Source: Eubacteriales bacterium | GTDB taxonomy: Bacteria > Bacillota > Clostridia > Oscillospirales > QAKW01 | Assembly (NCBI GenBank): GCA_045539335.1 | Contig: JAZQFD010000029.1 | Location: forward strand, 65,420 to 129,419 | Direction of reading: 5' to 3' | Length of the DNA: 64,000 nucleotides | Notes under the pieces: model-generated | Databases searched by the model: none | Seen by the model: only the letters and a program-made list of their open reading frames with translations | Told to the model about the DNA's origin: nothing | Position numbers and translations under genes: made by a program | Part shown: positions 53,923 through 63,082 of the stretch, one piece after another | How positions within the stretch are numbered: the first letter of the stretch is position 1 | Layout: the number at the start of each line of letters is the position of its first letter

Positions 53923-54987
53923 TCAAGGAGAGGAAAAGAGATGATTAATTAATTTTTCTTTAAGACATTCGGTTGCCTCATAATCGGTACCGATCGCATA
54001 TTCGCTTTCGATTTTCATATGAATTTCTCGAGCATTATTGAGCATTTCGGAGGCCAAATCCAACTGAGAACGGATCATTTTTTTGATTAAAGACAGCTTA
54101 TTGCGCCGATTATCCATAAATTCTTTTGGGATATAGTTTTGCAGGATAATCTTCCGATCAATCTGTTCATCCGAAAGATCAAGAGGGAAGATGCCATCCA
54201 CAACAACAAAGGAAAGCTTTGTTGATGGAATAATGATATGTTGAATCGATTCCTTTCCGAGTAGGGGATTATAACCATTTATATGGTCTATTCCATTTTG
54301 TGTAAGAGCACGATCCCAATATTCCATCAAGAAATGCCCAATCATCCATCGATCTTCAATCATAATAGTATGCTTGGAAAGTGAGTTGATGGTCTCATTT
54401 AATGTGATTCTGCCCTCGGGAGAAATTGATGTAAAAAAGCGTTTGCTGATTTTAGGGTTCCCTTCTCTTTTTTCCCATAGTCCATATTGTTTTAAAATAC
54501 GATCCCCTAAATTTTGTAAGCGATTAACGTCCAACTGATTTTTTAAAGGAAGAAATACACTTGTGTATAGCTTTTTAGTTGCTCCAAGCAAAGAATAACA
54601 CGACTTATATATCTCTGACTTTCGATCACAAAGATGAATAATTTTATTTTTATTCATTTTTGCCTCGTCCCAGCCTTGACCTAAATCAATTATATTTCCA
54701 CCGACCCCCGGATATTTTGGTTCAAAATTATGAGGCGCTGTGGCATCAAAAATAACAACTTTTTGATCAGGCAGAACTACGCCATCTAAACTCTTTGGAT
54801 CGCCGGAACAGTAGATTAATTCAGCATTATTTGACTTGGCGGCAATCCGTTTTAAAAGTGTACTTTTCCCGCACCCCGGACCGCCTTTAATATAATAAAC
54901 TTTTGAGTTTTTTTCATCAATTAATGTATCAAAAAATGATACAAAACCATCGCCGCTATTTGCCGCACAATAGGATTTATATTGCAT
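53923..54987 (-). CDS. Uncharacterised P-loop NTPase
   Basis: Walker A GGPGCGKST and Walker-B-like VVIFDATAPH. I recognise no other domain. Divergent from sigG. Confidence 0.55.
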   Translation of the reverse strand: MQYKSYCAANSGDGFVSFFDTLIDEKNSKVYYIKGGPGCGKSTLLKRIAAKSNNAELIYCSGDPKSLDGVVLPDQKVVIFDATAPHNFEPKYPGVGGNIIDLGQGWDEAKMNKNKIIHLCDRKSEIYKSCYSLLGATKKLYTSVFLPLKNQLDVNRLQNLGDRILKQYGLWEKREGNPKISKRFFTSISPEGRITLNETINSLSKHTIMIEDRWMIGHFLMEYWDRALTQNGIDHINGYNPLLGKESIQHIIIPSTKLSFVVVDGIFPLDLSDEQIDRKIILQNYIPKEFMDNRRNKLSLIKKMIRSQLDLASEMLNNAREIHMKIESEYAIGTDYEATECLKEKLINHLFSSP

Positions 54988-55031
54988 AAAATCACCTCTG
55001 AATATTTTATGATCTATCTTCGGTTATGTTC

Positions 55032-55061
55032 GTATAAGAAAGAAGAACGCTGGAAATAATG
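55032..55061 (+). promoter_or_regulatory. Forespore sigma-F/sigma-G-type promoter upstream of sigG
   Basis: GTATA, 15-nt spacer, GGAAATAATG. This matches the Bacillus subtilis sigma-F consensus GYATA-15-GGnnAnAHTR at every specified position. Confidence 0.55.
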
Positions 55062-55087
55062 AGATTAAAAGACGGCGGAGGTAAAAA

Positions 55088-55855
55088 ATGCAAAATCGAG
55101 TTATTATCAGCGGGGTTGATACATCAAAATTACCCATTCTATCTAATGATGAAAAAAATGAACTTCTGAAGAGAATTAAAGAAGGGGATGCCGAAGCGAA
55201 AGATCAGTTTGTACAAGGAAATCTTCGCTTGGTTTTATCGATAGTTCAGCGTTTTGCAGGACGAGATGAATGTATGGACGATCTTTTTCAAGTGGGTTGT
55301 ATCGGATTAATTAAAAGCATTGATAATTTTGATCTTAGTCTCGGACTACGTTTCAGTACCTATGGCGTTCCTATGATTTTGGGCGAAATTCGACGTTATT
55401 TGAGAGATAATAACATGGTTCGAGTGTCTCGAGCCACTCGTGATCTTGCCTATCGTGCGCTTTCAGCAAAAGAAAAACTATCCAATCAAAAAAACCGAGA
55501 GCCGAGCATTAAGGAAATCGCTGATGAAATGGGGGTCAAAAAAGAAGAAGTGGTGATGGCATTGGATGCCATTGTGGATCCGATTTCGCTTTTTGAACCG
55601 GTGTATTCCGATGGAAATGACGCAATTTATGTAATGGACCAGATCAGTGATAACCGTGGCGGGGATGATTGGATCGATGAACTTCTGATTAAGGATGCAA
55701 TCAATAGTCTTCCGGAACGTGAAAAAAACATCATTGAGCTTCGCTTTTTAGAGGGTAAGACACAAATGGAAGTCGCCCAAGAGGTGGGGATCTCTCAAGC
55801 GCAGGTCTCTCGCCTTGAAAAGGGCGCAATCAGCCGGATTAAAAGCCAATTGTAA
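55088..55855 (+). CDS. sigG: Sporulation sigma factor SigG
   Basis: ISGVDTSKLPILSNDE, GNLRLVLSIVQRF, DDLFQVGCIGLIKSIDNFDLSLGLRFSTYGVPMILGEIRRYLRDNNMVRVSR. These closely parallel B. subtilis SigG, including the SigG-specific N-terminus. Confidence 0.88.
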   Translation: MQNRVIISGVDTSKLPILSNDEKNELLKRIKEGDAEAKDQFVQGNLRLVLSIVQRFAGRDECMDDLFQVGCIGLIKSIDNFDLSLGLRFSTYGVPMILGEIRRYLRDNNMVRVSRATRDLAYRALSAKEKLSNQKNREPSIKEIADEMGVKKEEVVMALDAIVDPISLFEPVYSDGNDAIYVMDQISDNRGGDDWIDELLIKDAINSLPEREKNIIELRFLEGKTQMEVAQEVGISQAQVSRLEKGAISRIKSQL

Positions 55856-55911
55856 CCTTTTTCATCAAAGCGCATAGTGTACTATAAACCAACTTTTGAA
55901 TCGGGAGGAGT

Positions 55912-56499
55912 ATGATGCTGGTTAAAGTTTTAGACGAAAACCGAGTGAAAATCCTGATGGAAGAGCAAGATATTGATCAGTATGATCTTCCGTTTGAAAA
56001 AATTGATTATGATGATCCCGTTTCCAAAGCTTTTTTGTTTGAACTCATCCAAAAAACTTATGATGAAACCGGAATGAACTTCCAAGACGGTCGCTTAATG
56101 GTGGAAGTGATTCCTGGAGTTTCACGCTCTTATTATATCCTTTTAACTCGAATCAAAAGCGATGGGGAAGAGAAAATTGAATTTGATAAAACCGAGCAAT
56201 ATGAAGCAGAAATGTATATTTTTCGAGTGGAGCATGGGCGTGATGTTATACGCTTTTTTGATGCCTGTTATGCTTTCCATCCCAAAGCAAGTCAGGTGTA
56301 TTACTACAGTGACTCTTACTACATCACGTTGAGTTTTCATCCACATCAAATATCCGATAAAGGTTTTGCCCCCTTTATCCAGCATCTTGAGGAATATGGA
56401 AAGCGCTGTCGTTATCATTATATCAATGGGGCAATACTGCAAGAAAAAGGTGAAAAAATCATAAGTCCTAATGCGTATGATGCTCTGAAATCAAATTGA
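55912..56499 (+). CDS. MecA-like adaptor protein
   Basis: The N-terminal pattern VKVLDENRVKILMEEQDIDQYDL...LMVEVIPGVSRSYYILLTR resembles the MecA N-domain, and the length (195 aa) is similar. Confidence 0.55.
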   Translation: MMLVKVLDENRVKILMEEQDIDQYDLPFEKIDYDDPVSKAFLFELIQKTYDETGMNFQDGRLMVEVIPGVSRSYYILLTRIKSDGEEKIEFDKTEQYEAEMYIFRVEHGRDVIRFFDACYAFHPKASQVYYYSDSYYITLSFHPHQISDKGFAPFIQHLEEYGKRCRYHYINGAILQEKGEKIISPNAYDALKSN

Positions 56500-56502
56500 T
56501 TC

Positions 56503-56540
56503 ATCGCCCGAAGTTTGTTGCTTCGGGCGATCTCTTTATA
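56503..56540 (+). terminator. Rho-independent terminator
   Basis: Stem atcgcccgaag, loop tttgttg, stem cttcgggcgat, then a T-rich tail. Confidence 0.65.
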
Positions 56541-56623
56541 TCATGATTTTTTTTATATTTATTGACAAAATGTCTATTTCTTATTATTATATAATAAATA
56601 ACTATATATTGGAGTAGTATAAT

Positions 56624-57505
56624 ATGTCGATTAGAAGTATGACGGGCTTTGGCCGTGGAACCGGTTCCTTTGGCAGTCTGGATTTCACCATTGATATTAA
56701 GTCTGTTAATCATCGTTTTTTTGATTTTTCTGCAAGAATTTATAAAGATTATGCTTTTTTGGAAGAACCAATTAAAAAGAGGATTGCGCAAACCATTCAC
56801 CGTGGAAAGGTTGATGTCTATTTTCATACCGAAAAATCCACAGAATCTGCTGATTTGATTGCAACGGTGGATGAGAATCTTGTTCGTGCTTATCTTGATG
56901 CTGCACAAAAACTTTCAGAGTTAGGCATTAAAAATGATCTTGGTGCTTCACGGGTGTTATCCTTTCCGGATGTACTGACCATCAAACAACCGGAAGTCTC
57001 TGATGAAGAGATCACTGCAGCAGTATTAAAAGGTGTTGATGATGCACTTGCCGCATTTGTTCAAATGCGTGAAATTGAAGGTGAGAGACTAAAGCGTGAT
57101 TTGACTGAGAATTTGACCTTTGTTTCCAAAGCAGTTGAAAATATTGAGAAGCTTGCCCCTGCATCTGTTGAGCTTTATCGCCAAAGACTGAAAGATAAAA
57201 TAAAAGAGACTTTAGGCGATCGAACGATCGATGAAAATCGAGTTTTGACTGAGGTTGCTATTTTTGCCGATAAGGTAGCCGTTGATGAGGAGACCGTGCG
57301 TTTAAAGAGTCACCTCAGCCAGTTTAATGATCTCTTAAACAGCGATGGCCCCATTGGCAAAAAACTTGATTTTTTGGTTCAGGAAATGAATCGTGAGATC
57401 AACACCTGTGGTTCAAAGTGCAACAGCATTGAAATTACTCGTATTGTTGTTGATGTAAAGTCTCACATTGAAAAGATTCGTGAGCAGATTCAAAACATTG
57501 AATAA
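56624..57505 (+). CDS. yicC: YicC/YloC family endoribonuclease
   Basis: MSIRSMTGFGRG start and the conserved C-terminal motif LDFLVQEMNREINTCGSK. Confidence 0.88.
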   Translation: MSIRSMTGFGRGTGSFGSLDFTIDIKSVNHRFFDFSARIYKDYAFLEEPIKKRIAQTIHRGKVDVYFHTEKSTESADLIATVDENLVRAYLDAAQKLSELGIKNDLGASRVLSFPDVLTIKQPEVSDEEITAAVLKGVDDALAAFVQMREIEGERLKRDLTENLTFVSKAVENIEKLAPASVELYRQRLKDKIKETLGDRTIDENRVLTEVAIFADKVAVDEETVRLKSHLSQFNDLLNSDGPIGKKLDFLVQEMNREINTCGSKCNSIEITRIVVDVKSHIEKIREQIQNIE

Positions 57506-57517
57506 AAGGAGTACCCC

Positions 57518-57784
57518 ATGAAGCTTATTAACATCGGTTTTGGTAACATGATTAATTCATCCAGAATTATTGCTATCGTCAGTCCTGATAGTGCGCCGAT
57601 CAAGCGAATTATTCTCGAGGCAAAAGAGAGCAGTGTTTTGGTAGATGCTACTTATGGCCGCAGAACTCGTGCTGTGATCATTACAGATAGCGATCATGTC
57701 ATTCTTTCTCCGCTACAGCCTGAGACTGTGGCAAACCGCTTAACCGATACCTACGATGAAGAGGGAGGAGAAGATGATGAGTAA
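57518..57784 (+). CDS. remA: RemA/YlzA (DUF370) regulator
   Basis: 88 aa. [30 protein letters not shown]...[22 protein letters not shown]. Confidence 0.88.
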   Translation: MKLINIGFGNMINSSRIIAIVSPDSAPIKRIILEAKESSVLVDATYGRRTRAVIITDSDHVILSPLQPETVANRLTDTYDEEGGEDDE

Positions 57785-58328
57785 AGGAAAGCTGATCATC
57801 ATATCCGGCCCGAGCGGAACCGGAAAAGGAACAGTGCTTGCCGAGGTGTTTAAAGCAAATTCCAATTTGGTTTATTCCGTTTCTGCCACCACACGCAAGC
57901 CCCGACCCGGCGAAACCGATGGTGTTGAATATTTTTTCATCACCAAAGAGGAGTTTGAAAACAAAATTCAGCGCAACGAAATGCTGGAATATGCTACATA
58001 CTGTGATAATTATTATGGCACTCCGGCTGACTTTATTGAGGCCCAGCGTAATGCAGGCAAAGATGTCATTCTTGAGATTGAGCTGTGCGGTGCTTTGCAG
58101 GTAATGAATAAGTGCCCCGACGCCGTGTCGATCTTCATCCTGCCGCCCAGCATGGAGGAGTTAAAGCGTCGCTTATCGTCTCGTGGTACTGAAGAAGAGT
58201 CCGTTGTTGCCGCTCGCATCGCAAAGGCAACAGAAGAAATCGAAAAAGCAGAGCTGTATGATTATAAAGTGGTCAATCTGGATATTCATGCCGCTGCTTT
58301 GGAAATAAACAATATTATCAATCAATAA
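57774..58328 (+). CDS. gmk: Guanylate kinase
   Basis: [12 protein letters not shown]-loop, [11 protein letters not shown] and YYGTP motifs. The start follows a GGAGGAG RBS and overlaps the remA 3' end. Confidence 0.9.
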   Translation: MMSKGKLIIISGPSGTGKGTVLAEVFKANSNLVYSVSATTRKPRPGETDGVEYFFITKEEFENKIQRNEMLEYATYCDNYYGTPADFIEAQRNAGKDVILEIELCGALQVMNKCPDAVSIFILPPSMEELKRRLSSRGTEEESVVAARIAKATEEIEKAELYDYKVVNLDIHAAALEINNIINQ

Positions 58329-58341
58329 AGGAGATTATAAA

Positions 58342-58551
58342 ATGCTTTATCCCGCAGTATCTGAACTTGAAAACAAATCTCAAAGCCGCTATGCATTGGT
58401 GATTATGACCGCTAAGCGTGCCCGTCAAATTTCTGAGCAAGCCAATGCTCAGGAGATTGAATTGCCCCATAAGCCTGTTAAGATGGCGATCTTGGACATT
58501 GCAGCAGGCAAGGTTGCAATCAAAGAATCTTCTGAAACGGTCAAAGAGTAA
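58342..58551 (+). CDS. rpoZ: DNA-directed RNA polymerase subunit omega
   Basis: 69 aa with SRYALVIMTAKRARQI. Located after gmk, as in Bacillus. Confidence 0.88.
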   Translation: MLYPAVSELENKSQSRYALVIMTAKRARQISEQANAQEIELPHKPVKMAILDIAAGKVAIKESSETVKE

Positions 58552-60977
58552 TGAAAGCGTGTATCTGTCGTGTTGCAATTGATCAGATTGTTGAGAAAAT
58601 CGACAGAGACTATGATTATATCGTCCCGAATTCTTTGGCGAGTGTTGTATTGCCCGGTATGCGTGTGCTGGTTCCTTTCGGCAAGGGAAATGTATTGAAA
58701 AAGGCAATGGTTTTAAGTTGCTTTAAAGATACACCGGACTCGCAGCTGAAAGAAATTGTGCGAATTCTGGATCAAAAGCCAATGTTGGATGAAATCCACC
58801 TAAAGCTTGCCCAATGGATGTCGCAGCAATACTTTGTGACCCGCTATCAGGCAATTCGATGCATGATTCCTCTTGGAATGGATTATAAAGTGAATGAAAT
58901 CTTTGCTTTAAATCCAAATTTGGAATCCTATCCCGAAGAATATAACAAACTTGTTTCATATTTGAAGAAGTTTGGAAAGCCGCTTCGCCGAAGCGATTTT
59001 CCGCCGTCGCTGAAGGCATTGTGCCTTCCTGCTTATCGGGATGGGGTTTTAATCGAAGAAATCACCTCTGTGCGCAACATCGGAGATCTGAAAGAAAAAA
59101 AGATTCGTGCACTTCTCGGAAAGGAAGAGCTGGAAAGTTATCTTGCCGAGATGGATCATCGTTTTGAAAAGCAACGAGATCTGTTGTCGTTGTTCTTAGA
59201 CGAGGCGGAACTTAGCGCAAAAGATGCTCTGTATTATTCGGGATGCGGCCCTTCGACGATTAAAACTCTGGTCAAAAAGGGGCTCATCGAGGTATTCAGC
59301 GTTGCAAAGGAACGGATTCCTTATAAAGGTTTAGAACGCAATGAGCAACAAGAGGATTTACATCTGCAAAAAGAGCAAAATCAAGCCTATGATGAAATTG
59401 CAGCAACCATTGGTCAAGAATCTACCCATTTGTTGTATGGCGTCACCGGCAGCGGAAAAACCCATGTCTTTATGAAGTTGATGGATGACCTGACTGCTGC
59501 AGGTAAATCAGTGTTAATGCTGGTGCCCGAAATTGCTTTAACACCTCAGATGCTCAGTCGGTTTTATCTGCGTTATGGCAATTGTGTGTCAGTGCTTCAC
59601 AGCGGATTATCTCTGGGTGAAAAAGCAGATGAATGGAAAAAAATTCATCGTGGAGAAGCAACTATTGTTGTTGGCACCCGCAGCGCAATCTTCGCGCCGA
59701 TGAAAAATCTGGGTTTGATTATCATGGATGAAGAACATGAGGCAACTTACAAATCCGAAACTTCGCCTCGTTTTCATACTCGTGACATTGCCCGTTTCTT
59801 ATCTCATCATGCCAAAGCACCTTTACTTTTAGCTTCCGCCACCCCATCATTGGAAAGCTTTTATCAGACCGAAAAAGGAAACTATCAATTACACACCATG
59901 GCCAAGCGATACAACGACGCTGCCTTGCCAACAGTTGAATTAATTGATATGCGTGAAGAACCCATGGCAGAGGGGTCCAAAGTATTCAGCGAACATTTGG
60001 TGGGTGCTCTGAACGACACCTTGAATCGGAAGGAACAAGCCATCTTATTCCTGAATCGTCGTGGCATGCATTCGGTCGTTGGATGCTCCAAGTGCGGCAC
60101 AATTGCCAAGTGTCCTTCTTGCGGTATCTCTTTAACCTATCACAAGGCCAATCAGCGTTTAATGTGTCATTATTGCGGTTATAACATCAAACGATTCTAT
60201 GAGTGTCCTGAGTGTAAAAGCGATAGCATTAAAATGCTGGGGCTTGGAACTCAGTATGCCGAAGAGGAACTGCAGACGCTGTTTCCTTCTGCTCGAATTT
60301 TGCGAATGGATGTGGATACAGTCGATTCGTATTTATCCTACGGTGAGCGATTGGATGCTTTTAGGCATGGAGAATATGACATCCTGCTGGGCACTCAAAT
60401 GATTGCAAAAGGATTAGATTTCCCCGCTGTTACTTTGGTAGGAGTGCTCCAAGCCGATATGTCCTTATATGTTGACGATTTTCGTGCTAATGAGCGTACA
60501 TTTAATTTGTTAACCCAAGTCTGTGGGCGTTCCGGTCGAAGCGAAAAAGCGGGGCGAGCAATTATCCAAACCTATTGCCCCGACCATCAGGTAATTTCGC
60601 TTTCCAAGGATCAAGACTATCTGCAATTCTATCAGCAAGAAATTGCTTTTCGTAAATTGGTCGGCTATCCTCCGTTTTGTGACATTCTGTTGGTCACGGT
60701 GGAGGGATTTTCGCCAAAGGCAGTTTACGATCATATTTCTCAGATTTATCAATTTTTCCAGAATGCCAGCATCAGCACCTATCATGACATTCCGCTCCGT
60801 CTTTTAACTCCTGTTGTTCCTCGTGTTGGAATGATTCGTGGAAAGAGTCGAATGCAGATGCTCATCAAGTGTAAAAACTCTCGCCGCCTTAGAGATTTAA
60901 TTCGAGAGAGTCGGAATCTAGAGCTGCCTGCCGGTATTCAAGTAATATTTAATATTAATCCTATTCAGTATATTTGA
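58551..60977 (+). CDS. priA: Primosomal replication-restart helicase PriA
   Basis: Walker A GVTGSGKT, DEEH box IIMDEEHE, and Cys-rich zinc region CSKCGTIAKCPSCGISLTYHK...CHYCGY...CPECKS. Confidence 0.92.
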   Translation: MKACICRVAIDQIVEKIDRDYDYIVPNSLASVVLPGMRVLVPFGKGNVLKKAMVLSCFKDTPDSQLKEIVRILDQKPMLDEIHLKLAQWMSQQYFVTRYQAIRCMIPLGMDYKVNEIFALNPNLESYPEEYNKLVSYLKKFGKPLRRSDFPPSLKALCLPAYRDGVLIEEITSVRNIGDLKEKKIRALLGKEELESYLAEMDHRFEKQRDLLSLFLDEAELSAKDALYYSGCGPSTIKTLVKKGLIEVFSVAKERIPYKGLERNEQQEDLHLQKEQNQAYDEIAATIGQESTHLLYGVTGSGKTHVFMKLMDDLTAAGKSVLMLVPEIALTPQMLSRFYLRYGNCVSVLHSGLSLGEKADEWKKIHRGEATIVVGTRSAIFAPMKNLGLIIMDEEHEATYKSETSPRFHTRDIARFLSHHAKAPLLLASATPSLESFYQTEKGNYQLHTMAKRYNDAALPTVELIDMREEPMAEGSKVFSEHLVGALNDTLNRKEQAILFLNRRGMHSVVGCSKCGTIAKCPSCGISLTYHKANQRLMCHYCGYNIKRFYECPECKSDSIKMLGLGTQYAEEELQTLFPSARILRMDVDTVDSYLSYGERLDAFRHGEYDILLGTQMIAKGLDFPAVTLVGVLQADMSLYVDDFRANERTFNLLTQVCGRSGRSEKAGRAIIQTYCPDHQVISLSKDQDYLQFYQQEIAFRKLVGYPPFCDILLVTVEGFSPKAVYDHISQIYQFFQNASISTYHDIPLRLLTPVVPRVGMIRGKSRMQMLIKCKNSRRLRDLIRESRNLELPAGIQVIFNINPIQYI

Positions 60978-60990
60978 GGTGAAACAATTC

Positions 60991-61458
60991 ATGGCATTAA
61001 GAAATGTGGTTCGCAACGACAACGAATTTTTAGGAAAAAAGTCCAGACCTGTCACAAACTTTGATGATAAGCTTGCAACATTGGTGGACGATATGAGAGA
61101 TACCCTACGCAAAGAGGCAGGAGCCGGCTTAGCTGCTCCTCAAGTTGGCGTCTTGCGGCAGATTTTCATTGCCGATATTCATGGAGACGGCACCGAATAT
61201 AAAGAGTTTATAAATCCCGAAATCATTTCTGCCACCGGCAAGAATGATCGGTATTATGAAGGATGCCTTTCTTATCCCGGACGGACTTTTCGTATTGTTC
61301 GAGCAAACAAAGTGAAAATGAGAGCACAGAATGTAAAAGGGGAGACCTTTGAGTTTACAGCTGATGATTTTCTGGCTCGTTGCCTTCTTCACGAATATGA
61401 TCATTTGGAAGGAATCACCATCCCCATGATCGGCGAAGAGGTATTTGATCATGAATAA
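60991..61458 (+). CDS. def: Peptide deformylase
   Basis: GLAAPQVG, EGCLS and HEYDHLEG metal-binding motifs. ATG at 60991 after a GAGGTG RBS. Confidence 0.9.
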   Translation: MALRNVVRNDNEFLGKKSRPVTNFDDKLATLVDDMRDTLRKEAGAGLAAPQVGVLRQIFIADIHGDGTEYKEFINPEIISATGKNDRYYEGCLSYPGRTFRIVRANKVKMRAQNVKGETFEFTADDFLARCLLHEYDHLEGITIPMIGEEVFDHE

Positions 61459-62386
61459 GCTTCGTGTTTTATTTATGGGAACACCGGATTTTGCTTTGCC
61501 TTCTTGCAAGGCAATCCATGATCATTTTCATTTAGTTGGTGTTGTTACTCAGCCGGATCGCCCAAAGGGGAGAGGCGGCAAATTATCGGCCCCTCCGGTA
61601 AAAGAATATGCAATTGCAAACAATATTCCTTACTGGCAACCCACTATCTTGAAAGACGGAAGTTTTCAAGAGGTCTTGGATAAGACAACCCCTGATTTAA
61701 TTGTTGTTGCTGCCTATGGCCGCATTCTTCCTGCCTATATTTTGGATTATCCTCGGTATGGCTGCATCAATGTGCATGGTTCTCTTTTGCCTCAGTATAG
61801 GGGGGCGGCTCCCATCCAGCGAGCGGTGATCAACGGCGATTCTGAAACCGGTATTACCATTATGCGCATGGCTCTCGGAATGGATACGGGTGATATGATT
61901 CTTCAGAAAAAGACCTGTATCACTGAGAATGACACTTCCGGAAGTTTATTTGATCGACTGTCCGAAATGGGAGCGGATGTTTTGCTGGAGGCGATTCGTT
62001 TGATTGTTGAGGGTTCCGCTGTGTATACACCTCAATGTGATGAACTTGCCACCCATGCACCAATGATTCAAAAAGCGGAGGGTCTTTTGGATTTTTCAAA
62101 ATCTGCAAAGGCGGTTCGTTGTTTAATTATGGGAATGAATCCTTCTCCCGGTGCCTTCTTGGATTTTGATGGTTATCGCTTGAAGATTCATGAAGCGATG
62201 TCCGGCTCACATGCGGATGGCCCTGTTGGAACCATTGCTAAGATTAGCTCAGAGGGTATCGAAGTTATTTGCGGTGACCACAACACTGTTCTTATTAAAA
62301 CCGTACAAAAACAAGGTAAAAACAAAACAGATGCATATTCCTATGCTTGCGGTGCTAAACTTGCCGTGGGGGAATATTTAAGATAA
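61451..62386 (+). CDS. fmt: Methionyl-tRNA formyltransferase
   Basis: VLFMGTPDFALP, VVTQPDRPKGRG and NVHGSLLPQYRGAAPIQ. 8-nt overlap with def. Confidence 0.9.
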   Translation: MNKLRVLFMGTPDFALPSCKAIHDHFHLVGVVTQPDRPKGRGGKLSAPPVKEYAIANNIPYWQPTILKDGSFQEVLDKTTPDLIVVAAYGRILPAYILDYPRYGCINVHGSLLPQYRGAAPIQRAVINGDSETGITIMRMALGMDTGDMILQKKTCITENDTSGSLFDRLSEMGADVLLEAIRLIVEGSAVYTPQCDELATHAPMIQKAEGLLDFSKSAKAVRCLIMGMNPSPGAFLDFDGYRLKIHEAMSGSHADGPVGTIAKISSEGIEVICGDHNTVLIKTVQKQGKNKTDAYSYACGAKLAVGEYLR

Positions 62387-62398
62387 GGAGAATGCCGA

Positions 62399-63082
62399 AT
62401 GTACTATGGCGTTTACTATATTTGGATGTTGCCGGTTCTGATTTTATCGCTCATCGTCCAGCTTCATTTAAAATCAACATATTCAAAGTTTTCCTCTAGC
62501 GGAAACAGTCGGAATATGACCGGTGCTCAGATGGCAGAGATGATATTGCGAGGCGCAGGCATCCACGATGTGAGCGTTAATTGCGTAAACGGTCACCTTT
62601 CCGACCATTTTGATCCCCTAAAAAAGATGGTAAACCTTTCGCCTGAAGTGTACAACGGTACCAGCATTGCATCCATTGGAATTGCCGCCCATGAATGCGG
62701 CCATGCAATTCAGCACCATGAACAATATTTTCCCATTCGCCTGCGCAGTGCAGTGGTTGGGATCACAAATTTCAGTTCTAAATTATTATACTTTTTAATG
62801 ATCATGAGTTTCTTTCTTTCCGGTATGTGGAGTGCTACTGTCTGGAATGTGGCAATTCTATGTTATGTTGTGATTTTTGCATTCCAGTTGATTACGCTTC
62901 CGGTTGAATTCAACGCATCTTCCCGTGCGGTGGTTCAAATTCAATCGGCCGGTTTTACCGAAGAGGATACTAGCGGGGTGCGTCGGGTTTTAACGGCCGC
63001 AGCCTTAACTTATGTAGCATCCGCCGTTACCGCTTTATGGCAACTTTTAATTATGATCATGCGTCGGCGGAATAATCGATGA
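62399..63082 (+). CDS. YugP-like membrane zinc metallopeptidase
   Basis: N-terminal TM segment. HExxH motif in AAHECGHAIQH. C-terminal TM segments. Confidence 0.75.
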   Translation: MYYGVYYIWMLPVLILSLIVQLHLKSTYSKFSSSGNSRNMTGAQMAEMILRGAGIHDVSVNCVNGHLSDHFDPLKKMVNLSPEVYNGTSIASIGIAAHECGHAIQHHEQYFPIRLRSAVVGITNFSSKLLYFLMIMSFFLSGMWSATVWNVAILCYVVIFAFQLITLPVEFNASSRAVVQIQSAGFTEEDTSGVRRVLTAAALTYVASAVTALWQLLIMIMRRRNNR

